Source: Daphnia carinata (Eukaryota). Taken from it: a stretch of 64,000 nt of DNA. Below, piece by piece: positions 18,201 through 34,670 of the stretch. The notes under the pieces are model-generated. The model did not search any database and was not told the origin of the DNA. It saw only the letters and a list, made by a program, of their open reading frames with translations. A program made the position numbers and the translations under genes. Numbering within the stretch: position 1 is the stretch's first letter; every line of letters starts with the position of its first letter. Where the stretch lies: assembly GCF_022539665.2 (NCBI RefSeq), contig NC_081331.1, positions 9,610,001-9,674,000 on the forward strand, in the 5' to 3' direction.

Positions 18201-21200
18201 TTGCTTGTTATGTCGGAGGACAACACTGCAAATCCATCCCGGATTATGACTCGCTTCCACCGCAAGTGGCCAATCTTGCCATTCAGGCTATCTCTATCAA
18301 CAGTGCTTATACCTCATGCATTTTGGTAAAATTGATGTTTGTGAAAATTGAATACCTATAACATACTTGTTGCCTTGCACTTCAGAACGCGGAGTTACCC
18401 AATGAACCCATCAAGCAGGTGGGCAATAAAACGGAATGCGCCATGCTCGGTTTCGTGCTGGATTTAAAGAAATGCTATCAGTCCATTCGTGACGAGCATC
18501 CAGAAGACTCTTTCCATCGCGTATACACCTTCAATTCGAGCCGAAAGTCGATGAGTACCGTCATTGCTCGTGAGGGAGGCGGTTACCGCGTCTTTACCAA
18601 AGGTGCATCTGAAATGGTGCTGAAAAAGTTAGATAAGATTCGATTAGCATCCGTGCATTCCATAACGTTGATTTTGTATCATTTCCGTTATGTTTTTAAA
18701 GATGCGCGTTCATTTATGGTGCCAATGGAGAATTGGAGAAGTTTTCTCATGAAAATCAGGAAGAACTCGTACGAAACGTCATTGAGCCGATGGCGTGTGA
18801 TGGTCTGCGCACAATCGCGGTTGCATACCGGGATTTTGTACCTGGCGAAGCCGAAATCAGTCAAACCCATTATGACAACGAACCCAACTGGGATGATGAG
18901 GATGCAATTATTAATAATCTAACCTGCATGCTCATCGTCGGCATTGAAGATCCTGTTCGACCTGAGGTAGGCAATCTAATTTAAAGAACCGATCGGCATG
19001 TTTGTTTTTTAATATTTCTCCCACGTTGCTAATTAGGCTCCAGAAGCCATTCGGCAGTGTCAACATGCTGGTATTACGGTGCGCATGGTGACGGGCGACA
19101 ATGTCAACACAGCTCGATCCATCGCCATCAAGTGCGGGATCGTCACACCCGGCATGGACTACCTCATTATCGATGGCAAAGAATTTAATCAACGGATTCG
19201 GGATTCTAATGGCGAGGTTTGTTTTAGTTTTAAATTAAAATACATGTCGTAATGGTTCTTCATTCGCAAAGCTTTCTTCATTTCCGTCTTTGTTTAATTT
19301 TGGGTAATTTTTTGTGATGTGGATGGAATCATCAAGCTCCAACAACACTTGCTTGATCAAGTCTGGCCTAAATTACGAGTGTTGGCACGCTCATCACCCA
19401 CGGACAAGTACAACCTGGTTAAGGGAATTATTGACAGCAAGATATCCGGCAATCGAGAAGTAGTGGCAGTGACAGGAGACGGTACGAACGATGGCCCGGC
19501 TCTCAAGAAAGCTGATGTCGGCTTCGCTATGGTATTGAAATTGAAGACATTTTTTAGTTTAAATCTCTTTTTGTGCTAAGATATGATTTTGTTAGGGCAT
19601 CGCTGGAACGGATGTGGCTAAAGAAGCGTCCGATATTATCTTGACGGACGACAATTTTAGTAGCATCGTTAAGGCCGTTATGTGGGGTCGCAACGTTTAC
19701 GATTCTATCGCCAAGTTCTTGCAATTTCAATTGACTGTCAACATTGTAGCAGTCATTGTTGCTTTCCTCGGTGCCTGTTTCATTCAAGATTCGCCATTGA
19801 AAGCCGTCCAAATGTTATGGGTCAACCTCATCATGGACACGTTAGCCTCTCTAGCTCTTGCCACTGAAATGCCCACTCCCGACTTGCTAATGCGCAAACC
19901 TTACGGCCGCACGAAACCTCTCGTCTCCCGTACTATGATGAAAAATATTATTGGACAAGGCATATATCAGTTGACAATCATTTTCACTCTGGTATTCGTC
20001 GGTAATTATTGGCCTTTTGAAATTATTGGATATGGATATCTTCCAATTTACGAATTGAATATGTTTCTGTTTTTTAGGCGAAAAATTTTTGGATATCGAT
20101 TCGGGCCGATACAGAACCGATTCCGAGCCTACACAGCATTTTACCATCGTCTTCAACACTTTTGTGATGATGACACTGTTTAACGAAATCAACGCCAGAA
20201 AGATTCACGGCCAACGCAACGTCTTCGAAGGCATTTTCACAAACCCCATTTTTTATTGCATCTGGATAGCCACTGCGGGTGCACAGGTGGGAAAACAATC
20301 GAACTTAGTTTTTATTACCTATTTAGTGGTTTTGCGGTATTGAATTGGCAATTTTTGTGTGTGTCTAGGTGCTTATTGTGCAATTTGGTGGTCATGCGTT
20401 TTCGACAGTCCCACTCACGATCGCCCAATGGGCTTGGTGCATCTTTTTCGGCGTAGGAACTCTACTATGGTGCCAAGTGGTGACGACGGTTCCTACCAAG
20501 AAGATACCCAAGTGCTTCGCGTATGGCTACTTTCTTTTTCTATCCAAAAGCGTATTGAATAAGCCTTGATTCTTTTCAATCCCTTAATTTTTTCAACTAT
20601 TATGCCTTGCACACAAACACACCCTGGTCTTTGCCGGCCGAGATTGCACACGACGAAAGACTTTCCCAAGTCGCAAAACTTGCTTTAGTTTGCATTACTA
20701 TCGTAGCTACCTCATTTCCACTGCCCTCCCTTTTCCCGGGGTTCATCGATTTTCGTTCTTTTTCTGTTTTCTTCTAAGAAAATAACTACTCTAATGAGGA
20801 AGTGGTTCCATGTAGTTGAATGGCATGGACATGGACTCGGTTGCCAATCTTTAGTTATTTATTAACTGCTCTTTTACATTTGGTTTTTCTCTTCTAAGTA
20901 GAAAATTTAGACCATTACTAAAGTTCCCTGGTAATATATATGTTTTTTTTTACACACAAGGGCACGCTAATGGCGACCGTGAATTTTTATTAATTTCGCG
21001 CTAGACATACTGATTGTATTTGACGCCCCAGTTCCTCTCTCGAACCTCAGTTTTGGCAAATTTTAACTCCACTGTATCACACGTGGTGATCACATCTGGG
21101 CACGCGTTTTTACTTCATGCCAGCATTTTTTGGGAGTGGTTTACAGATTCACACAGATGTAAATCTTTCCGAATGTCCAAACCCCGGGCCGGCAAGAAAC

Positions 21201-22053
21201 AGTTGAAAGGTGTTGGGATTTGCCATCATCCTCGTTTAACATATGAAATGCTAGGCATAACAATTTTAAAATTAATGAGATATTTCCGTTCATTTTTTGT
21301 TTTAACTATTTTCTTTGGATGTCTTTATTTTGCTAACTGGAACATCAGGAGTTGGAGTCGTGAAGAATCGGAAGACATTTCAATTGCAATGGTTGCTCTC
21401 GCCGAAGATAAAGTAGATGCCGATGATGAGAAGATGCGAACTCGAGGCCAGATCCTTTGGATCCGTGGTCTTACACGACTCCAGGCACAGGTAATGCGTT
21501 GTTAAGCCGATGTTGATTCGAATGGAATTTTTCTTTCATTCTGGATCGTCCGTCCCGTTCTGTTGTGTTTTTGAAATTATTTCGTTTATCGTTCTTTCTT
21601 ATACGGTTTTATTTTTCTTTGTTTTTTTTTTTGTTGCTGTTGAAGAGCCCCTTCCTTAAAAAAATGCTATCGTTTTATTCTCGCCCGTTTCGAGATAATA
21701 TCCACTTCGTTCTCGAGTGCGTTAAGCGTTAGTTGTTCACATTAGCTTAAGATTAAATGAAATTTCTCTTCTTCTGTTTTTTATGTTCAACGTTCAACTT
21801 CAACTGTCAACAAACTCGTGGCGTGTTCTGTGATTGCTGTTTGCAGCTGCGAGTAATCAGAGCCTTCAAGTCTACACAGGAGGACCTGGAAGAAAAGCGA
21901 TCCCTACACAGTATGCAAAGTTTGCGGCGTTCAAGAGGTCAGTTAGGTGTGCGTCCGCTTTCGGACATCACATCTGTCGACGGTGAGCCATTGCTGAGGG
22001 TAACCTCGCCCCAGCTTGAAACGGAGACAGGTGAGCGTGAGTTTAATCGTTGA
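15204..22053 (+). CDS. PMCA: Plasma membrane Ca2+-transporting ATPase (P2B), multi-exon
   Basis: Starts [20 protein letters not shown]. Motifs [68 protein letters not shown], and the CaM-binding domain [23 protein letters not shown]. The exact C-terminus is uncertain (see findings). Confidence 0.95.
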
Positions 22054-22289
22054 TGCTGCCCACAAATTCCTTGGATATGGCTGTTTTCGGTTTCGGCGCA
22101 GAGTAATGGCAGGGTAATAGGGTAGGGTGTAGGGAGTGCAAATGAAATTTCTTTGGGGACCTTTATCAATTTTGGGATATCTAAGCAACTCTAATGTTTG
22201 TTTTTCTTTCTTGCACCATGCTGTTTGATCTGCACTCATCAAACAAACAATCGAATCACGAAATGCGTTTTGCGGAAATCACGACGTAG

Positions 22290-22535
22290 ATGTGCATCAT
22301 TGACGCCTTCTGACAGAGGGTTGATCCGCCATTGTTGGAGCGGTACCAACCTACTACTGGCAGCGGTGTTACAGCGACAGCCGTTCATTTCTATGGCCAA
22401 CGTTTTGTCGCATACCTCTTTAACTGACTTTGCTGAACGCTCATGAATCAACGGATATTGGCAACAGTGAGCGGGATTACTTGTCGCATATGGACATTAA
22501 GCGTCATGGAACAGCAGATGGAAACGGCCCTTTGG
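22290..22535 (+). pseudogene. Decayed alternative 3'-terminal (splice site C) exon of PMCA
   Basis: TAG acceptor at 22287-22289 after a ~100 nt AG-free zone. Successive frames read MCIIDAF*QRVD, LLAAVLQRQPFISMANVLSHTSLTDFAE, LSHMDIKRH and METAL. This is colinear with the arthropod PMCA exon IRVVNAFRQGLD...LAEVLRKQ...TSSIEYAD...ETAV as I recall it. Confidence 0.65.
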
Positions 22536-25469
22536 GTAAAGAAAAATGGAGTGGGCATCGTAAAAGGTGGTTTGTGATTTAATAATTTTCAAATCGAAAA
22601 AAAAGAAGACTTACGAAATAAGTAGTTAAATAATTCATGCGTGCAAGTACTCACTCTGTACCACTTGCAAATCGTTTTCCTTCGCTTGTTTCGTGAAGTA
22701 CTTCCGTGTGTATGTGAGTGCCTTTCTCACTTCCTAGTCCCTTCCGACCCTTGTACCTTATTCATTATTTTGATTTTACATCTTTCGCTTCGCATTAATA
22801 TTTCGTTTCATTCTGCTCTTATTTCCATCCAGAACCTTCATTTAAAGTCTGCTTTTTTTTTAATGCTTATGTAAATGTGCCAATGAAATCTCCGCTTCAC
22901 TTTGTTTACGTCCTTTGCTTCTTGTGTTTTAAATTTTTTTTTCTTTGGCTTCGACGAAATTTGTTTCCATTGCTTTTTCAAATCCAACCTTCATAAAGTG
23001 TGTAATCACAGAATTCGCCTTTCTCCTTGTTTTTTATTACTCTTTCAATAATTTTTTTTTCTCGCTAGAAAATGTTAGAGTGGATCGAAGTTGGAGGTCC
23101 CTGTATACGTAGTATACAAAAGAACAAAGCGGAAGCCTTACATTGTCAACTCCGCTCTACTTTATACAAATCAGTTCTCATTAGTTCCTTGTTATTTCGT
23201 CTTTGTTTTTTCTCATTTAGATCAGAACTTCGGAGGACGTATGAGTGATAGAAATTAAAGGAATCGGTAGGGACGACGTCCCTAATTATATTTTTATTTC
23301 TTTGTTCACTGCAGAATTTGCACGAATTGCTTAGTTGCTAATTATTATTTTTTTTTTTTTTAATCTCTTTCAGCAATCCGCTGAGTTATGATCTATTGTT
23401 GGCTGCTGCACGTCCGTTTAGCCTGTAGTATTCTATGAACCGGCCGACTATCCCGGCCCCTACAAGCTCGCAAAAGCCCAAATGGATTTATTCACCATCT
23501 ACCGCCTCGGACAGGTAGAACCATGCAGATTTACTTTATTACAACTTATGAGATTAAAATCCGGTTTATCTACTGTTCAGGCCGTGGATCCGCAATGATG
23601 TTGGTTGGGGCGTGAGCATTTACGTGACTGTTTATCCTCGCCATTCGTCATACTCGAGGCCCTCCGAAATCTAGGATGGTACAATTTTGCACTACGCATA
23701 TACTCGATTGGAAATGCGGTAAGTAAGACGTGCCTTTTTACGTTGTTAGATGTGAAACTCGTGTTCATATTTTACCGACAAATTTGAGTAAAATAGCCTT
23801 TCGGGAGACAGCAATTGGCGACATCGGATAGGGTAGTAGTACGAGACTGTCAGGAATCGCATTTTTAGCGTTGCTCAAATGTAATGGCTGCATTTCAACA
23901 CAAAGATACGTCTGGGCAAAATAATTTGAATTAGATGGTATATTCTATTTATAGCAAAGAGAAAGGGGTGGTTATTCATTTCGTTGCATCGCAAACTAAA
24001 ATGTTTTGCTATGCTTTATGTCGGCAAGATTCCATTTCGATCGAACTTCCTGTCGATGATACCTACCATTGTTTACATAGTCACGGAAAATGCGCCTCGT
24101 ATAAGATTACACTTCCGGATCTCCTCTCCCTCCCCCCGAAGTAGGCAGTTTCATCGATTTGAAAGTCAAATGATAACGTACCTTTTTTTTCCTTTTACGA
24201 TAAAGACAAAAAATGTATTAATACATTGGACTGAGCGGCTTGTATCAAAACAATCCCCATTGCAGCCGAACTACGGGCTGTTAACGTCGAAATGTTTCGC
24301 GACCCGTGGGCATGAAGCATTTGCGAAATATCTACCGAAGCCTAGAAAAATGCAACCAAAGTTAAATGAAATAGTAGTTGTATGTAAACACTCCTTTCAC
24401 CGCGATAGACAAGCGTCCGGGCGTCGTAGGGTTAAGTGCCATACTGCGGATCCGAAAATGTTAAAATGAAAAGCTCAATTTATCCGAAATACCGTTGGCA
24501 AATAAGCATGCGTATCGCTCACGTGATGCGTCAGAGCAACATAATCAGTCTGTTGTTGCTTACATCATTGCAGATATGCTATATGTTAATCAAGGAGGAT
24601 GTTGCTCTAAGCATTATGTGGGTTCATAGGTTTTGTTACCGCTATCTTTATCTTAAAAAAAATGCCAAACATTGCAACGTTCGTTAGGGGGTCACGGTTC
24701 ATTTGCGTACGAAACAAGAGGCTAAATACGGTTAATGGTTTCGTTTTTGATGAAACGTCATGTCTAATATTTGTGAATTTCAAAATAATTCCGATGGATT
24801 ATGTGGTACCCGGAAACCACCTTACGATACTGGAACTTTTTACGTATGCAGAGCGGAATTGTTATCGCGTTAAAAAACCGAAGCAGGTATACAGGAGAGC
24901 GGAAATCCGAAACTACACAACAGGTTAAACGAGAGGGGGGATAAAACTGGCTGTGACGAAGGCGAAGCTGATAAAAAGGAGCATCGGTAGAAATGGGCGG
25001 TCTCGTAGCCTACAGGTATAAAAAGAGTATGAAGTTGGGAGTCGGAATGGGGTGGGCTGGGCGGTTGGAATAGCTGACAATCGTCGTTTCGTGAAGCATG
25101 CACACCTGAAGGGCGGTGGTGAAAAGTTCCAGTGCGGTTTCGGATTGGAATCCGCGGTCGTATTATACCGTGAGGGACTGAGGAATTGCCTTTTAGAACA
25201 AGTAGAGACGCTTGGGGAGTGTACAACTGTATACACAGTTGGTCCACTGGCTTTCTTGGCTCAGGTTTTGCTCAACTATTGTTGTGTTTTGTTTAGTTGT
25301 TTTGTTTCGTTTTTTTTTTTTGGTTAGGGAAACTGCCAAACTGTTGCTGATTTCGTGTTTTTAAATGCGCGATATCGTCACTCAAGTCCAATCAGTTCTT
25401 TTGATGGTTAGTGAAATATGTGAGTGTGATTTGTTTGTCCAGTTGGCCTGAAAACTAAGACGAAGAAAA

Positions 25470-28400
25470 ATGAGGTTGCCCCAGCTAAGCGTATTCATCT
25501 GGTTAATGGCCTCTTTTTGTAGTCGAGTGAACACCCAAACTACTGAACATACTCGCCTTTACGGAACCTTGAATATCAACCGTCAACCTTATAACGCTGC
25601 CTACGATGATCCACGTAATCGTTATTCCAGTAGCAGTTCTTACGCTTCAGCCAGTGTCAACAGTTCAAGTGCAGCGAATAAAGACACCATCTATTGGGAA
25701 AGGACCCGAGAACAATTAAGAAATCAACACGCCATCAACACTGACCGATACAGTCCCAGTTGGGGCGCTAATGATCGGGTTTACGAAACGCGATACGATT
25801 CCCGAAACTTGAACTCAGATCCTAGAGGTCAAGGGTACGATGCTAATCGTCAGACATCTGGGGGTTATGAGTCCAGAAATCCAACTTACATTCGCTACCC
25901 GAGTTCCGATTCACAAGGCGCTGGATACGTTGATGGCCGGAATCAAAACTACGACTCAAAAGCATTGTTTAATTCGAAAGTTCCGAGTTTTCAAACGGGA
26001 TCGTATCAAGGAGGCGCAATACCTGCGTTGTCGAGCATCAACAGCCAAGATAGCGGATCCCAGTCTAATTGGGAGCGTGAGAAAGAGCGGGAGCGTGAGA
26101 GAGAACGAGAACGCGAGCGTGAACGAGAACGAGAAAGAGGAATAGATCGTGAGAGATCCTACTATCTGAATAGCAGAACCAACCCTATCAATACTAACTA
26201 TGGACAGAATAATCCTCGAACGAAGCTGCCAGGTAATTGCATACAATTAAAATATTGTGAATAATGGCAAATGAACTGTGTTTTGGTTTTGTACTTCAGG
26301 TTGTGGTGTTTTTGATGAATGGCGGCCAGATTTGATGGGAACATGTCGTCCAGATTACGCATCAAACGTGCAGGAAAGAGATATTTCCGTAACAACTCCA
26401 TACGGAAGAATTCGCGGATTCTATGTTCATTTGTTTGATGGACCTGGAGTTCCGATTGGAGATCGACCAGGAGTATATCATAACGGAAAGCTGTGGCGAA
26501 CCATAAGCACTTTTCTGGGAATTCCATACGCAATGCCGCCTGTGAATGAAGGCCGATTTAAGGTATTAATACAAAGCAACAAGTTAAGTTACAATAAAGT
26601 AATACTTGTTTAAAATTTCAATGACACCATATTAGCCACCCAGGCCGAAAAGAGCGTGGAGTATATGGGATGCTGTTGATTTTGGACCGGCATGTCCCCA
26701 ACCAGTTCAATTTGTTGGTGCTTCTAAAGGTGTTCGCTACATGAATGAAGATTGCCTTTATCTGAATGTTTACACACCAACGGTAAGTGTGTCGATTAAA
26801 ACAGAACGATTATTTTCAATGTGAATATTGAAACGACGATTTTCGAATTTAATTTAGACCGGTGCTGTGCCAGAAAAATATCCAGTTGTCTTTTATATCC
26901 ATGGTGGGGATTTCGAACGTGGAGCTTCTAATATTTTTCCGGGCCACATGCTGGCAGCTGTTGGCGACGTTGTTGTTGTAACAGTTAACTATCGTTTGGG
27001 AGCCTTGGGTACGTTTATCACGTAGACGCAATGATGCATATCCATGTTTATTGACCATTTAATATGCACTTAAAAGGATTCCTGAGTACTGCTAACGAAT
27101 ATTCACCTGGTAACTATGGAATGTTGGATCTCACTATGGCACTCCAGTGGGTGTATGACAACATTTATGCGTTCAACGGCAATAAGGATTTGATAACCGT
27201 ATATGGACCAGGTACGATTGCCCTCATTTTTTTTCCTAAAATTTAATTTTTAATGTTTATTTTGTGTTAGGCGCTGGTGCTGCTGCCGCAGGCCTACTTG
27301 CAATAACGCCCGGTAGTAGCCATATGGTGCGCCAAGTTTTTGGCCAAGTAAGTTACGAAAGTGTGTTGCTCTACTGTGTTACATCAAAATATAAAGCATT
27401 GTACCATCGTAGAGCGGATCTCCGTTAGCTGATTGGGCTGCAGTGCAAGATCTCTTACGGATGCAAAATACTAGCCGTGTTTACGGCGAACGTTTAGGTT
27501 GTGTTGTGGACAAGTCTCATAAACTTGTCGAATGCTTGCGATCTCGGAGCTTTGAGGAGTTGGGCAACGTCCGTCTAACTGTAAGAAGTTAACTTGTTAG
27601 TCTAAACATGTACTTTGTACATCATGTTTTCCTTGTTTTTAACGCAATAGCCAGATGTTGGTACTTGGCCCTGGAGTCCGGTTGTAGATCGAGAAATTCG
27701 TAAACCAGCCAATAATTGGTACGAAGGATGGGAATCAAAAGACTGGACTTTTCTTCCTGATATTCCCGAGGAATTAATCAGAATGCGGAGATTTAACCCT
27801 AACATACGCTACCTTTCAGGAGTAACTGCAGATGAGGCAGCTTACGTTGTTTGTAAGTTCATCTTTCATTCAACATAACCTGTGCGTACTAATGCAACTT
27901 TGTACTTTTATTTTTCTTATCAGATAACAACAAAAGCCTCTTGCCGAACTTTGAAATTACTGAACAGTTTTTCGACATGAAAATTCGTGAATATATCCAT
28001 CGTTACAACTATACGTACAATCCGGATGGAATCTACAGAGCCATTAAATATATGTACACTTACTGGCCTGATCCTAAAAACACAACACACATTAGAGAAC
28101 AGTACATAAACGTAAGGCGCCTTTATCGTTTGGTTACATTACTTCAACCTTGTTTTTAATTTAATTTTCTCAAATGTAGTTTATGTCTGATGCGCTCTAC
28201 AAATCTCCGAGTGACAGTATGATCAAGATGATGGTAGATAATAGTGTGCCAACGTATTCGTACGTTTTAAATACCTCCATTAACGCACTAAACTATCCAT
28301 TCTGGTCAAGAGTCCCGCACAACATCGAATATTTCTTTCTAACGGGTGCGCCGTTTATGGATCCAGGTAACTATCAAGTGTTTCTGAAACCTGTAGATAT

Positions 28401-29206
28401 TTTACTATAACAGAACATGTTACTTCCTTTATAGACTTCTTTCCTGAAGATCTCAGAGTAGAGCGTAAACAATGGAATGAAGATGATCGTCGCATGTCTG
28501 AATTTTTCATGAAAGCGTTGTCTAATTTCGCTCGTTATGGGTAATTTACATCTTTTTATAAAGTTGCGTTCGCTTGTTGATGTAAATTTGTTAACTTTCT
28601 TTATGGAATGTACAGGAGACCAACTCCTGTTGCAATTTATAATATTAACTGGCCCGAGATGCGTCATGGTTGGCTACAGTATTTGAACCTAAACAGAACG
28701 GATAATTCAACTCTGGAGTTTAATTACCGCCAGCAGGAATGCGCCTTTTGGTCGGAATATATGCCTTCCGTTGTCGGCGTTCTCCTGCCTACCTACCGAC
28801 CATTCACTGAGGTGATTTGTACTACCACAAATTTCTTCAAATAATCAATATAATACAACTGCCTTCTTTTTTTTTCTTTTTAGTATTGGTGGGAACCTAA
28901 CACGCCTATCTCAGTTGCATTTTGGTCTGTGGCCGGTGTGTGCATTATTCTTTTGATAGTTGCCATTCTCTGCTGCTGCCTGTGGCGTGGAGCTAAAAAG
29001 TGAAATAATCTCCCAAGTTTTAAAAATGATTGCAGATTCTTATATTATTTTTTCTTTTTCTTTGCAGAGCAAATGACAAATTGCTTGCTGAAAACTATTT
29101 GGGAGATATGGTCTTAACGGAGAATATGCATACTGAATCTAAAGACTTCAATGGGGAGTTTCGATCTGACAAGCAAAAGCTGGATCTCCCCTCAACTTTA
29201 GTTTAA
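25470..29206 (+). CDS. Non-catalytic carboxylesterase-fold (neuroligin-like) type I membrane protein
   Basis: Signal peptide, ~230 aa low-complexity N-terminus, FLGIPYAMPP, NEDCLYLNVY, YIHGGDF, VTVNYRLGALGFL, GNYGMLD. Nucleophile elbow reads YGPGAGA (no Ser). TM segment VAFWSVAGVCIILLIVAILCCCLW, C-terminus LPSTLV*. Possibly the Drosophila CG10339-type clade (from memory). Confidence 0.88.
26073..26138 (+). repeat. Coding Glu-Arg dipeptide repeat (22 aa)
   Basis: EREKERERERERERERERERER encoded with mixed GAG/GAA and CGT/CGG/CGA/CGC/AGA codons. Confidence 0.9.
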
Positions 29207-30415
29207 GATAGATCGCTTGTTTACTACTTTAAGAGCCTAGTTTTTATTGTTTTTTCATTCTTCTCTACCTCTGAAGTGTTACTTTTTTATACAAAATACG
29301 AACAAGGACCAAATTTTTAAGTGAAACATAGTTAATGAATTAAACGGGATTATTATTCCGATAGAAAACAGCTGATTAGCGAAGCGAAATCACTGCCCTG
29401 ATTCACACATACAACGCCATTCAACGCCATCCGTGAAATGCGATTTATAGTAACTTGTTGTCCCATTAAACGAAATCTGATTTCTGCGTAAATGAAAACT
29501 TGTGGAATATTTTTGCTGACAAAATGACCTGGGTTGATCGGAAATATAAGTTGAGTTTTAGCAAATGAATTTTGCCAAGGATCAGCCTATCACGTGCACG
29601 TGCATACGTGGGTTTCACTACATAAATAAATGCTCATTGCGGCCGAGCTGACATTAAAATGCTGTGATTATTGAGTTCTATAGAACCTAAAGTGCACACA
29701 TGCACACATTCATACTATCCCAAAATTCGTTGCGTTTTAAGTACTCTTAAAATCAATATCTCCTGGGGAGGTTATCTGAGCGGCAAACTTTCCACCAGGG
29801 AAATTGCTTGAACGTAGATTCCTGGTTTTAGGGAGAAAAAGCGACCGAAGTTTTGCTTAAACGAGCTCTATCAAATACGAATGTAAATTTTAACTTGTTG
29901 AAAAAATGACATCAAATTTTTTCAAAATGTGTTTCTGGCATATTTCTGTGGACATTCTTGGACAATTTTTGGCGGCGATCCATGGGTCACCCTGAGATTA
30001 CCCGGTTTTAACAAACCGGGGCCGAGCCCTGTTATGTATACTTGGTAGCAATCGGACCCGATTGGCTGTAATCAGGGTCCCTGCTCCGCCCTGGCCTGTC
30101 CGCCTGTGTCTGTCTTCTTTCTCTCTTCTTTCTCTCAAAGTTGGTAGTTGTTCGAGAAATGTGGCAACCTCTGTGAATCAGCGGTTTAAAAGCTAGCTTG
30201 GAGCCCGTGACGTAGGGATTTTTCTTGTGTGGCTTGCCAGTGTTGAGGAAATTTTCCTTGTCTATCGCCGTGACGAGGGGTAAATTCATTCGACGGTTTC
30301 AACTCACACCAGTAGCAGGTGAACACGTCGAGGTCTCATCGTATTAGATAGATTTGTAACCAAACAAAAGCTGTTATTTTCTTAAAAAGAAAAGTAACGA
30401 TAATTCGTCGTCATC

Positions 30416-33813
<3,398 letters not shown>

Positions 33814-34600
33814 GAAAAGCTTTAGGCTGAGTTTGCCAGAAACAGTGGGTGAGCGGGAAAACAGTCTGTTGGATCTTAACATCTACGCAAATCTTTGCCC
33901 CACCTTGTTTTTCCGTACGTTTAACTTCTTCGTTCAGTCGATTACTTGAAATCGAATAAATTTGTTTTGATCGAGTCACGCGGTGGTTTGGTATAAAAAT
34001 TTCCATTTTTTTTTTTTACATCGAATTTTGCCAACGTTCATTCGTCTGTCATGCAAAACCTCAATATAATTCATTCGATTCTTGAACGTTTGAGTTTATT
34101 CGATAGCGTTGTTTTCTGTATTGACATTATCTACTGCAATTTCATCAGAAACGTACATTGAACTCGTAAGATAATAATTTAATGTCAGACTAATCTCTTG
34201 AGGGTTAAAATGCTGGTATGGCACCATCCCTTGCGTGTGCTATAAGGAAAATGATGGTAATTGCATTTTTTTTTACAATGAACACGTTGACGGTTTTAGT
34301 TCGTCGATTGAATGAAATGGAATTGTATAAATATGAGATTTTTTAAGGTAATATTTATCCATTAGCATTAAAGACTGGGTTTCGGTTTGATACTATGAAT
34401 CAGTGTTTGAATATTCAAAACATCCGAGGTCTAACAAAAGCAGACGACTTAAGATAGTCGTCGTTTTTCGCGACTGTCGATAGACCCGGGTGGTTTGCAT
34501 AATTACCGGTGCTTGTTATTCTCTTGCTTTGCTTTTATCCTGTGGAAATTTCGTAAATAATTATTCATAGATATTTTAATAAAGAGTGTATGTACCTACT

Positions 34601-34670
34601 GGGCACCAAAATCCCGAATTGCGACCCATGAGACATCGTAACCAATACCGGGTCAAATTTTCAGGGTGCT
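34601..34670. mobile_element. Putative 70-bp micro-insertion with 8-bp flanking direct repeat
   Basis: TACCTACT at 34593-34600 and 34671-34678 flank a segment with near-terminal GCACC/GGTGC and internal GACCC/GGGTC inverted repeats. Confidence 0.45.

Noticed and set aside
22196..22228. Splicing 22030 to 22221 would give a neat ETAV* PDZ end
   Set aside because: It needs a TG acceptor. The pyrimidine tract is better explained by the AG at 22288-22289.
30159..30176. Possible uORF MWQPL* and pyrimidine tract upstream of VCP
   Set aside because: The TSS and UTR splicing are unknown, so I cannot show it is in the mRNA.
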